Shown piece by piece: positions 45,200 to 55,673 of a DNA stretch of 64,000 nucleotides (position 1 is its first letter; each line of letters begins with the position of its first letter). The notes below the pieces were generated by a model, which was not told the origin of the DNA, did not search any database, and saw nothing but the letters and a program-made list of their open reading frames with translations. Position numbers and translations under genes: made by a program. Source of the stretch: Rariglobus sp. (GTDB lineage: Bacteria; Verrucomicrobiota; Verrucomicrobiia; Opitutales; Opitutaceae); NCBI GenBank assembly GCA_035459785.1, contig DATHXF010000083.1:1-64000 (forward strand). Direction: 5' to 3'.

Positions 45200-48100
45200 T
45201 CAAGGAAGGATCGTGCTGAACTTAAGGTCATCCAAGTCGGCGGTGACGATGCTGGTGCTGAAGGAGTGGATACGGACATATGCATACGCCGCGTTGACCG
45301 GCGCCACGAAGGTGCCGCTGCGCGAGGTCCACGACGTGTCCGTGGACTGAAGGTTAACGAGGTTGGTTCCAGAGATGGAGTTTTGGTTGGCGTCCAAAAA
45401 AACCAGATACACGCCGATGCCGCTGCCAGAGATGACCCGATCCCAGAAGGAAACGGTGTAGCTGACACCGGGCAGCACGAGAAACGTCTGCGACTGCAAG
45501 CTGGAGCTCAGCGTAGTCGAGTTATCGATCACTCGAACGCCGTAGGTGCCGGTGTGCGCAGCGGAGGTGGTGACTGCGCTCATGCCGTTGTCTCCGGTGT
45601 TGCTCCAACCGGTGATGTTACCCGACTCGAACCCTGCGTTCGGCTGGGGGAAAGCAGGATTGCGCTGCCAATCAAAAATGGACGGCACGGACGGCACCGG
45701 CCTGGGCGGCAAATCCAGGACAACGATGTTGTCGAGATGCGCCTCCACTGCGGCTCCTGTGTAGGAATGAATGCGGATGTTGGCCTTGGCCGTGCCGGCG
45801 GGCGCAACCGCACGAAGCGTGAATTGCTTCATGGCACCATCGGGAGGCGGTGTGACGTTCTCGGCAGGATAAAGGCTGGGCTCGGATGGCAGATCCAGCG
45901 TCTGGCTCGCGATCAGAGCGGACGACGCATCGTAGAAATTAAGATCAATGCCGATCCCGCTTCCCGAAAGGGTCTTCGCGTCACAACGGATCTGATAGGT
46001 ATCCCCCGGCGTGGCGTTGAACTGCTGGGACGCCAGCGACGAAGTGCCGCCCGAGCCGGTGGAAAGAACCTTGAGGACATGATTGGTCGCAAAACCGGTC
46101 AGCGCATTCGCGATGATGGTGCTCTGTCCGCTGTCGCCGGTCGCATCCCAACCCACCCACTGGCCGCCCTCGAAGCCGGCGTCAAAAGCGAGGGCGCTGA
46201 ACGCGAGATAACCCACTTCACCGAATTCGAAATCATCGAACTGGGACACGGAAGTCGCCCCGCTGTAGCTGTGCACATAGATTCGCGCATAGGCTGCTCC
46301 CACCGGCGCAGCGTATTGGACCATGTCCGGCTGCCAGGTGGACGCCTCCGCCACATCCGTCTGCGCACCCGACAACAAGACATAGCTGGAATTATAGAAC
46401 CGCAGATAAACACTCATGCCCTTGCCCGTGTTCGTATAGAAAAAACGTGTGGCATAGACATGGCCCGGCGAAACGGGAAGGTAAGCCGAGTAAAGCGAGG
46501 AGCCGGCGGTTGTGCTGCTATCGGTGACCTTGAGACAATTGCTGCCGAGATGCGGACTCGTGGTTACGACCACGCTCATGCCGCCATCGCCCGTGTTAAC
46601 CCAGCCCGTCAGGTTGCCGGACTCAAAACCGCTGTTCGCGAACGCTTGGGGGATGAGGTGATCCGTGGCGATATTTCCGGCGAGGAACGCGGAAGAACTG
46701 CCGGCGAGAAACGCGGTAGACGGATTAAAAACACCATCAAAGTCACTGTCGGTAAAATCGCTTCCGGTCGAAGCGGTATCGGACAGATTAATCGCGGAGG
46801 CGGAAGATTGCAGGACGGCGATGTTGTTATGGAAAACGTGACCGCTGCTGCCCGCTTTCGCGTAGAAGAGTTCTCCCGAATCAACCGCGAAACGATTGTG
46901 GACGAAGATCCAGTCCTTGTTCGACCCTCCCAGCCACGTTCCAAGTTCAGGTGAAGAAATGTCGCAGTTATAAACCACGTTACGCGGACCATTGGGTCCG
47001 TGTTGAACATCATTCGGAGCGGATGAAAAAAGCCCGTTGCCGTAGGACCCGTTGCCCAGATTGGCGATGATGGTGTTGTTCTCGAACAAATTTTCATTCG
47101 TCCAGCCCGCATGCCAGTGCGCTTCTGAATCGATGAAGGTGCTGTTGCGAATGACGTTTCCGGCGGCGGAATTCTGGACCAGCGGACCGTGCCGGAGCTT
47201 GGTCGTGACCACATTGTCCATCAGACAGTCGAAGGCCATTTCGAAGCCGCAGTAGGCCGTGCCGCCGCCGCCATGAGCCCAGGCGTCGTTAAAGGTGGAG
47301 TCCTCGATCTGGCACCACTTCGCGTCGGTCAGATAAACCGGATGACGCCCCGCCTTGTTGACGGTGACGTTTTGTATCCAGGATTTCCATGCGTAGGAAA
47401 ACTGAATGCCGCAGGTCCAGAGGTTGTTCGTCTGGGTCAGCACAAGGTCCTCGACACCGCAGTTCTGGAGCACACCCAGTTTCTTGATGAACGGAGCGGG
47501 ATTGGTTCCCTCGATCGGATAATCGATGCGCAAGGGCTGGTTCAACGTGATCGTGGTGCCGCTGATTCCGGTGATCTTATACTGATAGTAGCGGAAGATA
47601 TTGCTCGTGCAGAGATTTCCCACCTGCGCATCCCAGATGGCGTTGCGCGGCGCGCTGAGGACAATGGGGTCTCCGGTGGCGAATCCGCTGCTGCTCGTCA
47701 TTTGAAGCGTCGTGGCACCCCGGACGGCGGAGGCGGTGATCCTCGTGCCGCTCGTAGTTAACTCGCCTTTTCCGACGAAGTTGATCGCCGCCAGATAATT
47801 GGGCCGCGGGAACGCGTTGGCATCGGTGCTGTTCACGATGTTGTAGGTCCGCGCAGTCGTATAAATGGTGCTGGTGACCGTCATCACTTTCGTCACCGGA
47901 TCCCAGGTTCCGTATTTGGCGCAGCCCACCACAATTTTTGAGCCGGTGCCCACGACGCCGCGAACTTTGGAACCGATGCAGGCCCTCGAAAATGTGCTGC
48001 CCCAACCACCGTTGGAGCTCTTCACGTCGACCCCGTCCACCTTGGTCAAACTTGCGTTCGGCGTGCCGGGAGCGCCCGCCAGAATATCGATGCCCACCAA

Positions 48101-48595
48101 CCCCACGGGATCGGCGTGGAACTCAACCCAGGTGTTGTTGTAGAGCGAGCTGGCGGCGGCGTCGGGCTGATAAAACGCAATGGTTCCCGCGGGCGCCTGA
48201 TAGGTGAAGTTAAGAAAAGTTCCGCCGACGCCGTTGCCCGCGCCGCGCAAAACGATCCCGTCTTTTCCGATCAGAACCGGACGCGTCAGACTGTAGGTTC
48301 CTGACGGCAGCGCGATGACACCCGGGACTGTGGCGCTCGCCACGGCGCTTTCAATCGCACCCGCCAAATCGCTTGTCGCCTGTCCGCTGGTGATGGTGGC
48401 GAGAACGTTGGTCACGTTGGGGATGCCGCCGGGCACGCCCGCCTGCCTGAAATCAGGATAATACAAACCATCCGGGCCGGGAATATCCACGCCGGCCACC
48501 TGTGCATGCGCGAAGCCGGCCAGCGTAAAGAGCGAAAACAAAAGTCCGTTCTTTAGACGGCCGATGATAACTTGGGGGGATTGGGGTATTTTCAT
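45200..48595 (-). CDS. Secreted pectin-lyase-fold protein (paralog of 42595..45171) with three C-terminal CBM4/9-like modules
   Basis: 1131 aa; signal peptide; beta-helix N-half (HAGWTNENLFENNTII...GSYGNGLFSSAPNDVQHGPNGPRNVVYNCDI...HNRF); three tandem modules starting FANSGFESGNLTGW, FDAGFEGGQWVGW, PNAGFESGNITGW. Confidence 0.6.
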   Translation of the reverse strand: MKIPQSPQVIIGRLKNGLLFSLFTLAGFAHAQVAGVDIPGPDGLYYPDFRQAGVPGGIPNVTNVLATITSGQATSDLAGAIESAVASATVPGVIALPSGTYSLTRPVLIGKDGIVLRGAGNGVGGTFLNFTYQAPAGTIAFYQPDAAASSLYNNTWVEFHADPVGLVGIDILAGAPGTPNASLTKVDGVDVKSSNGGWGSTFSRACIGSKVRGVVGTGSKIVVGCAKYGTWDPVTKVMTVTSTIYTTARTYNIVNSTDANAFPRPNYLAAINFVGKGELTTSGTRITASAVRGATTLQMTSSSGFATGDPIVLSAPRNAIWDAQVGNLCTSNIFRYYQYKITGISGTTITLNQPLRIDYPIEGTNPAPFIKKLGVLQNCGVEDLVLTQTNNLWTCGIQFSYAWKSWIQNVTVNKAGRHPVYLTDAKWCQIEDSTFNDAWAHGGGGTAYCGFEMAFDCLMDNVVTTKLRHGPLVQNSAAGNVIRNSTFIDSEAHWHAGWTNENLFENNTIIANLGNGSYGNGLFSSAPNDVQHGPNGPRNVVYNCDISSPELGTWLGGSNKDWIFVHNRFAVDSGELFYAKAGSSGHVFHNNIAVLQSSASAINLSDTASTGSDFTDSDFDGVFNPSTAFLAGSSSAFLAGNIATDHLIPQAFANSGFESGNLTGWVNTGDGGMSVVVTTSPHLGSNCLKVTDSSTTAGSSLYSAYLPVSPGHVYATRFFYTNTGKGMSVYLRFYNSSYVLLSGAQTDVAEASTWQPDMVQYAAPVGAAYARIYVHSYSGATSVSQFDDFEFGEVGYLAFSALAFDAGFEGGQWVGWDATGDSGQSTIIANALTGFATNHVLKVLSTGSGGTSSLASQQFNATPGDTYQIRCDAKTLSGSGIGIDLNFYDASSALIASQTLDLPSEPSLYPAENVTPPPDGAMKQFTLRAVAPAGTAKANIRIHSYTGAAVEAHLDNIVVLDLPPRPVPSVPSIFDWQRNPAFPQPNAGFESGNITGWSNTGDNGMSAVTTSAAHTGTYGVRVIDNSTTLSSSLQSQTFLVLPGVSYTVSFWDRVISGSGIGVYLVFLDANQNSISGTNLVNLQSTDTSWTSRSGTFVAPVNAAYAYVRIHSFSTSIVTADLDDLKFSTILP

Positions 48596-48629
48596 GGGGT
48601 TGAAAGCGGTGAGGTCGCTCGACGGTTTT

Positions 48630-49379
48630 TTATTGGGATGCGTCGGGTTGCTTGGGCGGCATGGGCACGTCGTTGACGACCACGGTGCGCAAATTCCTGA
48701 ACTCTTTTGAATCGGGGAAAACGAAGAGGAGCATGCGGGCGCTCGCGGGCTTGGGCAGGCCGGTCCGCATCTTCAGCTCCCAATCGCCGCCCGGCGGACG
48801 GCAGGCGATTTTTATCGGAAGAAACTCGCGCCCGGCTCCGATCACAAAATCGGCGCGCTGGTTTATCTCCACCACCTCCTGAACATCCGCCAACTTCACG
48901 CCCAGCGCGGCCGGGCAAAAATTGTAGAGTCGCACACTGTTCTCCGACATATCCTCGCCCCAATATTCGATGGGCGTGAAGCGGTATGGAAACGAACGCT
49001 GGCTTTTGTCGTGGGTGACCAAAAAGAGGACGCCGCGCCAGGAGGCGGGAAACTCAAGCTTGGCCAGAGGGCGGCTCTCCGTTTTCCCTTCGACCACCAC
49101 GCTGCGAAACAAGGTGATCACGCCAGGGCCGCGATACTCGATGGTGTCGGACAAGCCGCCCGGCACGATCGTCAGATCGTGGACCACCTTGCCGCTGGCA
49201 AGTTTGGCGATCATGTCGGGTTCGGTCGTCTCGTTTCCGCGGATGTAGGCAAACCTCACCATCACGGGCGGCGGTTGCTTGGGCTCCGCCGGCAACGTGG
49301 TTTGGGCGCGAAGCGGCCCGGACCACCCCAAGGCGCCCAGCAAAAACAGGGAGATCAAATATCGGAGGAGCTGAGCCAT
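48630..49379 (-). CDS. Secreted ~250-aa partner protein of giant copy 2 (start lies 25 nt inside the 3' end of the giant gene)
   Basis: ATG at 49377-49379; MAQLLRYLISLFLLGALGWSGPLRAQ signal peptide. Same size, position and strand relationship as 28974..29759. Confidence 0.5.
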   Translation of the reverse strand: MAQLLRYLISLFLLGALGWSGPLRAQTTLPAEPKQPPPVMVRFAYIRGNETTEPDMIAKLASGKVVHDLTIVPGGLSDTIEYRGPGVITLFRSVVVEGKTESRPLAKLEFPASWRGVLFLVTHDKSQRSFPYRFTPIEYWGEDMSENSVRLYNFCPAALGVKLADVQEVVEINQRADFVIGAGREFLPIKIACRPPGGDWELKMRTGLPKPASARMLLFVFPDSKEFRNLRTVVVNDVPMPPKQPDASQ

Positions 49380-52300
49380 TTGAAGGAGATGATTTTAAAG
49401 CGCCGGCCAAACGTTTGGTTGACGGGATGAGCCGCAGACGGGAGCTCCCAGGCGTCTTGCGTGGAATCCACATACTCGGGCAGGCGCTGGACAACGGCCT
49501 CGCACCAAGCGCGGGATTGCACGTAGTCGGGATCGGTGGAAACACCGAGCGGGTTGACCGTGTCTCCATAGACACGGATGACAAACGTGTCGGAGCGGGC
49601 GGAGAGCACGGGGCCGAGCGGTTGCAACAGGTCGGCTTGCGTGATGAATCCAGGCGCACCCGTGGTGACCAATGTCGTGGTCGTGGTTGCGGATCCGTCT
49701 GAATTGGCACCCGGCATTTTTGATGCACCGACACCCAGCGCAGGAATGGTTTCAACCAGCGTCGTGCCGAACCCTCCATTAGGCTGTTTGACGGACGTGG
49801 ATTCTTGCACCGTCTGCAACGCGCGCGCCAGTGTTCCCATGGTGCGTTCGTCAAAGCCCGGGCTATAGCCATCCGCTACGTTGACCAGCGAACGGTTCAC
49901 AAAGTCGGCGAGCGAAAGAAAGGGGCCGCGGTTTTTAACCTCGGTCACGATGGCCGTGGCGAGGGAGTCGATCTGATCCCGGGTCAGAAAGCGGTAACCG
50001 CGGTAGGCGTTGTAGTCATGCGAAGCATCGGAGGACGCCGTCATCACAAAGGAATCATCGGCCGGATAAAGGAGACGCGGGACCGGTGCTTCATCCGTGC
50101 GGCTGGTTCCTCCCACCGGAATGTTGAGAGTCGCGGCCAGCACGGCGCGCCACGCCTCCACCGAGGTGGAGTTGATGTTGAAGGCGCCGGTAGTCAGCAG
50201 ACCGGCTGCGGCGCGATCAGTGTTGTGAAGGTCGGCCGGGCTGAACGAATTGGCGGCCGCGACCAGACGCGAATTACGGGTATTAAGCGATCCGTCCGCG
50301 TTTGTGGCCGCAGCGCTCGCGGAAATTCCCGAGAAGAAATACGCATCCCAGAGGCTGCGATTAAGAAGGTAGGAGTGATCAAAGAAAACCGCCGCCGTCG
50401 TGCCGGTGATTTTATTGGAGCCGGCATTGATCGAGCCGGCCGGGGCCGCCAGCGGAACACGCATGTCGGCCCACGAGTTTCCGACCGGATATGCCGGCGC
50501 AAAGTTGCTCGCGAGGCGGTAGGGATTGGTCGCTGATTCCGGCAGGGTGCGGTAGAGGCTGGCATGCTGAAGCGCGCCCAAGGACAGGAGCGAACTGCCG
50601 GATTGAGGCACATCGAACAGGACGACAGGACGGCTGCCGGCGGAATAGTTGTAGCCGAAATCCGCATTGCCGCTGATGACATCGGTGGACGACGAGAAGT
50701 TCGCGTCGTCCGCGTTGATCGTGTAGTTGGTTGTGCCGGAAGCCGTCCCCGTCCGGTTGATGTCGGGACGCACCGCTGCGTAAGAAGGATTGTTTTTCTG
50801 GTAGCCATCTCCGCCGTTGCCCTGGATTTCGTAGGCGGAGCGATACGACTGGTAGGCACGCGGATTGTAGCCCGAAAGCCAGCGGACGGGCGGCATGAGA
50901 ACCGTGGTGGGAAGCGGGGACTGATCCGTCACCTGCAAGGCAACTTTCCAGGAAAAACACATTTGGGGAAGCACGGGGGTCGGAATGTTGGGTCGGACCT
51001 CCTGATTTCCCTTTGACGTGGGCGTCGGCCATGTCGTGACCTGCGCGTTGAAACTGGAGTTGTTACCCGACACCTGCTGGACGAGTGCTCCGGTGGAGCT
51101 GCCCATGCGCAGGAATACATAGTCGATGGGCGGAACCCCAGGAAGCGAGGGAGTGCCCGGAGCCGGGACCGGAGCCTGGTCCCAGGCAGGCATCGTGGTG
51201 ATGCCCGGTTCGGAAGCCGCGCCCGTGGTGCCGTGACCGGTTCCGCCTGTGAAGAAAATCAACCGGTAGGTATTGGGTGCAGAAATCACAGGCAGTGTGA
51301 ACGAGCCCGAGGTCACCAATACGCCGCGGCCATTGGAAGGCCCCGCGCCCCAGCCGCGCACGAGTGCCGGAACCGGGCTGGGGATGCTCGTGGGCGTGGC
51401 GGCAAGGTCGGTCGCCATCGTATAAACGTAAGCGGTGCCGGGCGCCATCGCTCCGCTCTCCAGAGTGAAGGTGAAGTTCACCGGTGCCGCGGTGCCGTTA
51501 TTGCCAGCCGAGTCATAGAAATACGGACTGGAAACCTGCGCGTTCGCATTGATGGCCGGATCGGTGTAGCTCACGGCCGCGGTGTTCACCACGCGGGCAT
51601 AGAAGATCGATTTCTCCAGGGAAATCGTGACGTGATAGGTCTGCGACCGGAGCGTCACGCCATAGGGATTCCACAAGGTGATGGCCGGCACATGGCGCAT
51701 CTCGAGCTGGTAGCTTCCTCCACCCAGGGCGACCACCTTGGTGTCTATGAAAAGCTGGTAGTTCACCATCACGGGAGCGACGCCATGTTGTTGCGCGGTC
51801 CCGGCGGAATCGTCGGTTTGCGCGACGGGATTCATGGTCGCACTGGAGCCGGTTCCGCTGAACGCGGCCGCAGGATTTTCGGGCAGTTGATAATAGGAAC
51901 GCAGCATCTGCCAAAGCGGGCCCTTGCCGTCGTAACCATTGTTGGTCGCCATGGGCGTCGATATCCATGCGGCGGCACTGCCATCGATGACCGCGGGGTT
52001 GGCGCTTGGCGGGGTCTTGGTGGCCAAAGACAAATCCCAGATCGGATCGGACCACAGGATGTTGCCGGCCCGGCTCAGATAAGTGGCGTTGGAGCCGTAG
52101 CCGGATGCGACGAGCGACGTGTTGTCACTGGAAAGCGTGGAGGCCAGTGCGGCCGTGAGGTCTTTTTTAATACCGCCGCGCAACGAATCGCTGACCACAC
52201 CGAGGCTGTAGGTGGTGACATCGTGGAACCGGAGTTTTTGAGCGTTCTGAAGCGTGGTCTGATTGGCGACGGTGCTGCCGAGCAAGGTGACTTGTTCGCT

Positions 52301-53218
52301 CGAGAGCACGGAGGGCACGGTGGCGGCGTTGACCGGGAAGGCGGTTTTGAGATTGGTCCCGTTGGCGGCAAAGCTGGTGTTGTCGTCGTCGATCATCTCG
52401 GTGGCTGCACGCTGAGCCAGCTGATAGCCGGAGCGCGGGTTTACCGAGGTGTAGGGATTGTTAAGATTGATGCGGGCCTTGATGCCTTCGTCTCCCACCC
52501 AATAGGCGTAGCGCCCGATGGCCGGGCTGCCGCTCACGCCGGGCACATTGCTGCTGGTAATGTTCACCAGCGGGGCGACGACATATTGGTCCGCGCCTGC
52601 GGTTGTGCCGACGGTCTTTGCCCCGACCAGCAGTTGGTAGGCGGTCGTGCCAACGGTCAGCGGAGTGGTCGCGGTCGTCGCAGGGCTCAGCGCCAGCGAA
52701 CCGAGGCCGTCTGGTTTGTAAGTGATGGCACCGGCTCCGGAGGCGGGAGGGGTGGCCGTGATCTGCCCAAAGGTTGCGGCGCTGGTTGACGGGGTGAACG
52801 AGGCGCCTTCGTTGCCGCTCACCAGCCAGTTCAGCACCGCGGGCGTCTGCCTGAACGCCGCAGCGGAAGCCGCCGTGTTTCCGATGGCGGCCGTCCATTG
52901 TCTGGCACCGTTGACTGCAATGGGCAGGGTGTTGCCGGAAGCGCCGTTGCCGAAATCAGCGCGAACCGTGGTGCGTTGGTCCGGCCCGGTCGCTTTTTGC
53001 AATTGGGCGAGGGCGATATTGAGCGCCATCAAAGCGTTCTGCCGGGCCTGATCCAGCCTCTGGCTGTTCCCGGCCACCTGTGTTTCCACCCGCGTGAGCG
53101 ACGCCAGACTTACCAACAACAGGACAAGAAACGCCAGCAACGTGACCGTGATCAGCAGTGCGAAGCCACGCCGGTCCCCTTTCAGGATACCTGTGGTGGA
53201 TGTGATCACGGTGTTCAT
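49355..53218 (-). CDS. Giant (1287 aa) GspK/PilX-like N-terminus protein; Verru_Chthon cassette protein A-like family, copy 2
   Basis: ORF 49355..53269 trimmed to ATG 53216-53218 (MNTVITSTTGILKGDRRGFALLITVTLLAFLVLLLVSLASLTRVETQVAGNSQRLDQARQNALMALNIALAQLQ); GRYAYWVGDEGIKARINL; C-terminus ...SRAWCEAVVQRLPEYVD...FGRRFKIISFKWLSSSDI. Confidence 0.7.
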   Translation of the reverse strand: MNTVITSTTGILKGDRRGFALLITVTLLAFLVLLLVSLASLTRVETQVAGNSQRLDQARQNALMALNIALAQLQKATGPDQRTTVRADFGNGASGNTLPIAVNGARQWTAAIGNTAASAAAFRQTPAVLNWLVSGNEGASFTPSTSAATFGQITATPPASGAGAITYKPDGLGSLALSPATTATTPLTVGTTAYQLLVGAKTVGTTAGADQYVVAPLVNITSSNVPGVSGSPAIGRYAYWVGDEGIKARINLNNPYTSVNPRSGYQLAQRAATEMIDDDNTSFAANGTNLKTAFPVNAATVPSVLSSEQVTLLGSTVANQTTLQNAQKLRFHDVTTYSLGVVSDSLRGGIKKDLTAALASTLSSDNTSLVASGYGSNATYLSRAGNILWSDPIWDLSLATKTPPSANPAVIDGSAAAWISTPMATNNGYDGKGPLWQMLRSYYQLPENPAAAFSGTGSSATMNPVAQTDDSAGTAQQHGVAPVMVNYQLFIDTKVVALGGGSYQLEMRHVPAITLWNPYGVTLRSQTYHVTISLEKSIFYARVVNTAAVSYTDPAINANAQVSSPYFYDSAGNNGTAAPVNFTFTLESGAMAPGTAYVYTMATDLAATPTSIPSPVPALVRGWGAGPSNGRGVLVTSGSFTLPVISAPNTYRLIFFTGGTGHGTTGAASEPGITTMPAWDQAPVPAPGTPSLPGVPPIDYVFLRMGSSTGALVQQVSGNNSSFNAQVTTWPTPTSKGNQEVRPNIPTPVLPQMCFSWKVALQVTDQSPLPTTVLMPPVRWLSGYNPRAYQSYRSAYEIQGNGGDGYQKNNPSYAAVRPDINRTGTASGTTNYTINADDANFSSSTDVISGNADFGYNYSAGSRPVVLFDVPQSGSSLLSLGALQHASLYRTLPESATNPYRLASNFAPAYPVGNSWADMRVPLAAPAGSINAGSNKITGTTAAVFFDHSYLLNRSLWDAYFFSGISASAAATNADGSLNTRNSRLVAAANSFSPADLHNTDRAAAGLLTTGAFNINSTSVEAWRAVLAATLNIPVGGTSRTDEAPVPRLLYPADDSFVMTASSDASHDYNAYRGYRFLTRDQIDSLATAIVTEVKNRGPFLSLADFVNRSLVNVADGYSPGFDERTMGTLARALQTVQESTSVKQPNGGFGTTLVETIPALGVGASKMPGANSDGSATTTTTLVTTGAPGFITQADLLQPLGPVLSARSDTFVIRVYGDTVNPLGVSTDPDYVQSRAWCEAVVQRLPEYVDSTQDAWELPSAAHPVNQTFGRRFKIISFKWLSSSDI

Positions 53219-53501
53219 GCAATTAAGCGCGCGCCAGCAGCAAGCACTGCGGGGAGAAATCTTCAGCAACAGTCATCGCAAAAGCAGAAGCGGATGCGGT
53301 GTTCATTGATACGCAGCGGCGAAAGCGGGTCAGTGGAGACGGGGTCCGGCGCACGGCGCAGGTGGGCAATACAGAGAGCATGGGAAGCCTGAACAGGCGG
53401 AGGTCACGGACCTTCTCGTCTGCCGCAGAAAATAAGGTTTATCGGAGACGCTTTTGCGGAGCACTAAATCAACGTGTGCTCCGAAAAGCGACGTATGGGG
53501 A

Positions 53502-54671
53502 TCAGGTTGAGATGCGGCGGCGATAGGCCGCGAAACCTAGAATCATCATGCCAGCGAAAGCGGCATAGGTGGAGGGCTCGGGGACGGCTGCGAACGTTAC
53601 GAAACCGCTGGCATCAAGCGAAGCCGTGTAGCCCGCCAACGAGATCGAATTCAATTGAGCAAGCGTGAGTGCCGAGATGGACGAACCGAACTTCAACGTA
53701 TCAGTGCCGATGTCGAAATTTAGCAACGTCAGCGTGCCGCTCCATGCAATGGAATGACTGTCGGCAAATACCAGCGCGGAGGTCAACGAACCCATGTCGA
53801 TGGTTGAGTTGGCCGAGAGCGTGAGGGTGCCCAGAGTCTCGTTAAAGCCGCCCGTGGCGAAAGTGCCGCCCGCCATGACCAGATTACTGGTGTTGGCGAT
53901 GCGATCTGCCGCGCCCAGAGCCAGCGTTCCATCCGAAACCGTCGTCGTGCCCGTGTAGGTGTTGTTCCCGGAAAGCGTCCACAAGCCGGTTCCGCTCTTG
54001 GCCAGACTCAACGTATTGCCGGTTCCATTGGAGATGACCCCGCGCACTAGACTGGAAAAGGAGCTGTTATTGTTTGTCCCATCCAACGTAAGTGTAAGCC
54101 CCCCCGTGCCACTGACACCAGAAATGGCCGTTGTTGTGCCTGTATTAAAAGCGCTGGCGCTGAGGTTGGTGCTATTATTCGTCCACGTCTGGCTGGCAGA
54201 AAGCTGCATCGAACTAAGGCTCGATGCCGTAAGCAATCGCCCCGTGCCGCCGACTGCCATACCGCCTGCGCCAATCGTCAGCACAGGTGTAGAAGCCCCC
54301 GACAAAGTCACGGAACCTTCCTCAATCGTGATGCTATTCGCAGAAATGGAACCGGTGACCACTACCGCCGAGCTACCGGTCACGTCGGTGGAAGCAGAAA
54401 AAAACGCATCAGAGCCTCCAACATAAGTGGTGTTGGAGCCAGAACCGTCGGAATTAACGTTCCAACTGGCCGTTGATGCGTCCCAATTTCCAGGAGCGTT
54501 TGTAGAGGTGCTTCCTCCGATGTTTCCGTCATCGATATCCCAATAAAGCGAAGCTGCTTGAGCGGAAGGAATGGCAACCGCGCCGAACATGGCGGCGAAG
54601 GCAATCGCCACCAGCTTGGGGAACGGGCGGTTTGTTTGGTTGGAGGCGGAGATGAGGGTATGGGGTGTCAT
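53502..54671 (-). CDS. PEP-CTERM-anchored surface protein with beta-strand repeats
   Basis: 389 aa; signal peptide; C-terminus AAVPEPSTYAAFAGMMILGFAAYRRRIST (PEP-CTERM). Confidence 0.7.
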   Translation of the reverse strand: MTPHTLISASNQTNRPFPKLVAIAFAAMFGAVAIPSAQAASLYWDIDDGNIGGSTSTNAPGNWDASTASWNVNSDGSGSNTTYVGGSDAFFSASTDVTGSSAVVVTGSISANSITIEEGSVTLSGASTPVLTIGAGGMAVGGTGRLLTASSLSSMQLSASQTWTNNSTNLSASAFNTGTTTAISGVSGTGGLTLTLDGTNNNSSFSSLVRGVISNGTGNTLSLAKSGTGLWTLSGNNTYTGTTTVSDGTLALGAADRIANTSNLVMAGGTFATGGFNETLGTLTLSANSTIDMGSLTSALVFADSHSIAWSGTLTLLNFDIGTDTLKFGSSISALTLAQLNSISLAGYTASLDASGFVTFAAVPEPSTYAAFAGMMILGFAAYRRRIST

Positions 54672-54773
54672 AATAAGAGGGCTTTATCGTGAATAATTAC
54701 GGGCAGATTGGTGATTCAGAAAGAGAGAGGACTCGCAGGTGCGGCCCACGTGCAGGAGGATTATTTGAGCATC

Positions 54774-55673
54774 CTACGAGGTATCGGCCCGGCGGATTGC
54801 CTCGAGCTCGGCCTGATTAAGAACGGCCTCCGAACTGGCTGCATCGGCCCAAATGCGGATATTATCAATCACGCCGTCGAACGGCCGGTCTCCGGCCGGC
54901 ATATTTCCAATGATCACGGGAACATCCGGCAAAACGGTCTTGAGCGCTCCCGCAGCTAGAGAGGCTTCCGTGACGACTTGAACCGGCCCGTTTACGGAGC
55001 CGGCGTAAAAAACGACATTTTTATATTCTCCCGCGCCGTCATACGTGATCGCAAAAAAGACCCACTGATCAGCCACACGAAAAACAGGGCTCGGACTAAG
55101 TGCAGACCCCCGATCAGTCGAGAGAACCAACCCCTTTCCGTCCGGACCGTCAAAGACCACCGACAGTCTCTGGCTGCTGATCAATCGGGCATAGTTGGAA
55201 GGGATTTGAACTCCATCCGACTTATACCAGCCCTGCACCGTAAATGACATTGCCCGGTCAAAGCTGGTTGCGCCCCCGCTGATGACGGCTTTGCCACCTT
55301 GGCCAGGCGTCTTACCCGACCCGCCCATTGCCAGGGAGACCGTATTATCAAATGCCCGATCCTTCGGTTTGTGCGATACCCCACCCCCCGGCGCCGTGCG
55401 CAAGTCAGCTTTTGCGCCATCGAATATCGTCATCAATGCAGGTGGATTCTTGGCTGCTGAATCCTTCACTACTTCGCCAGGGGCATCATTGAACCTCAGC
55501 TCAAGCACCAGTTCGCTTCTATGGGGAAGATCACTGGCCCGCCCCTCTGTTCCCGCCAAGCAAACCAACGCAAGCCATCCACCAACAAGCGGGCCGCATG
55601 CAGCTACAACCAAGCGAGGCACGGCAAAACCGCCAAACTTGGAAGCATAAGAAAGTATACAATCTTGGGGCAT
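54774..55673 (-). CDS. Secreted concanavalin/LamG-like domain protein
   Basis: ORF 54774..55730 trimmed to ATG 55671-73; TM/signal then beta-sandwich with C-terminal FDGVIDNIRIW (LamG-type D-x-[IV]-R-I-[WY] motif). Tentative. Confidence 0.45.
   Translation of the reverse strand: MPQDCILSYASKFGGFAVPRLVVAACGPLVGGWLALVCLAGTEGRASDLPHRSELVLELRFNDAPGEVVKDSAAKNPPALMTIFDGAKADLRTAPGGGVSHKPKDRAFDNTVSLAMGGSGKTPGQGGKAVISGGATSFDRAMSFTVQGWYKSDGVQIPSNYARLISSQRLSVVFDGPDGKGLVLSTDRGSALSPSPVFRVADQWVFFAITYDGAGEYKNVVFYAGSVNGPVQVVTEASLAAGALKTVLPDVPVIIGNMPAGDRPFDGVIDNIRIWADAASSEAVLNQAELEAIRRADTS

Noticed and set aside
45266-46954. 562-aa ORF antisense to the 1131-aa beta-helix gene
   Set aside because: Antisense artefact; Arg/Gly-rich with no motifs.
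51233-52789. 518-aa ORF antisense to giant copy 2
   Set aside because: Antisense artefact. The minus-strand giant gene is supported by paralogy with two other copies.
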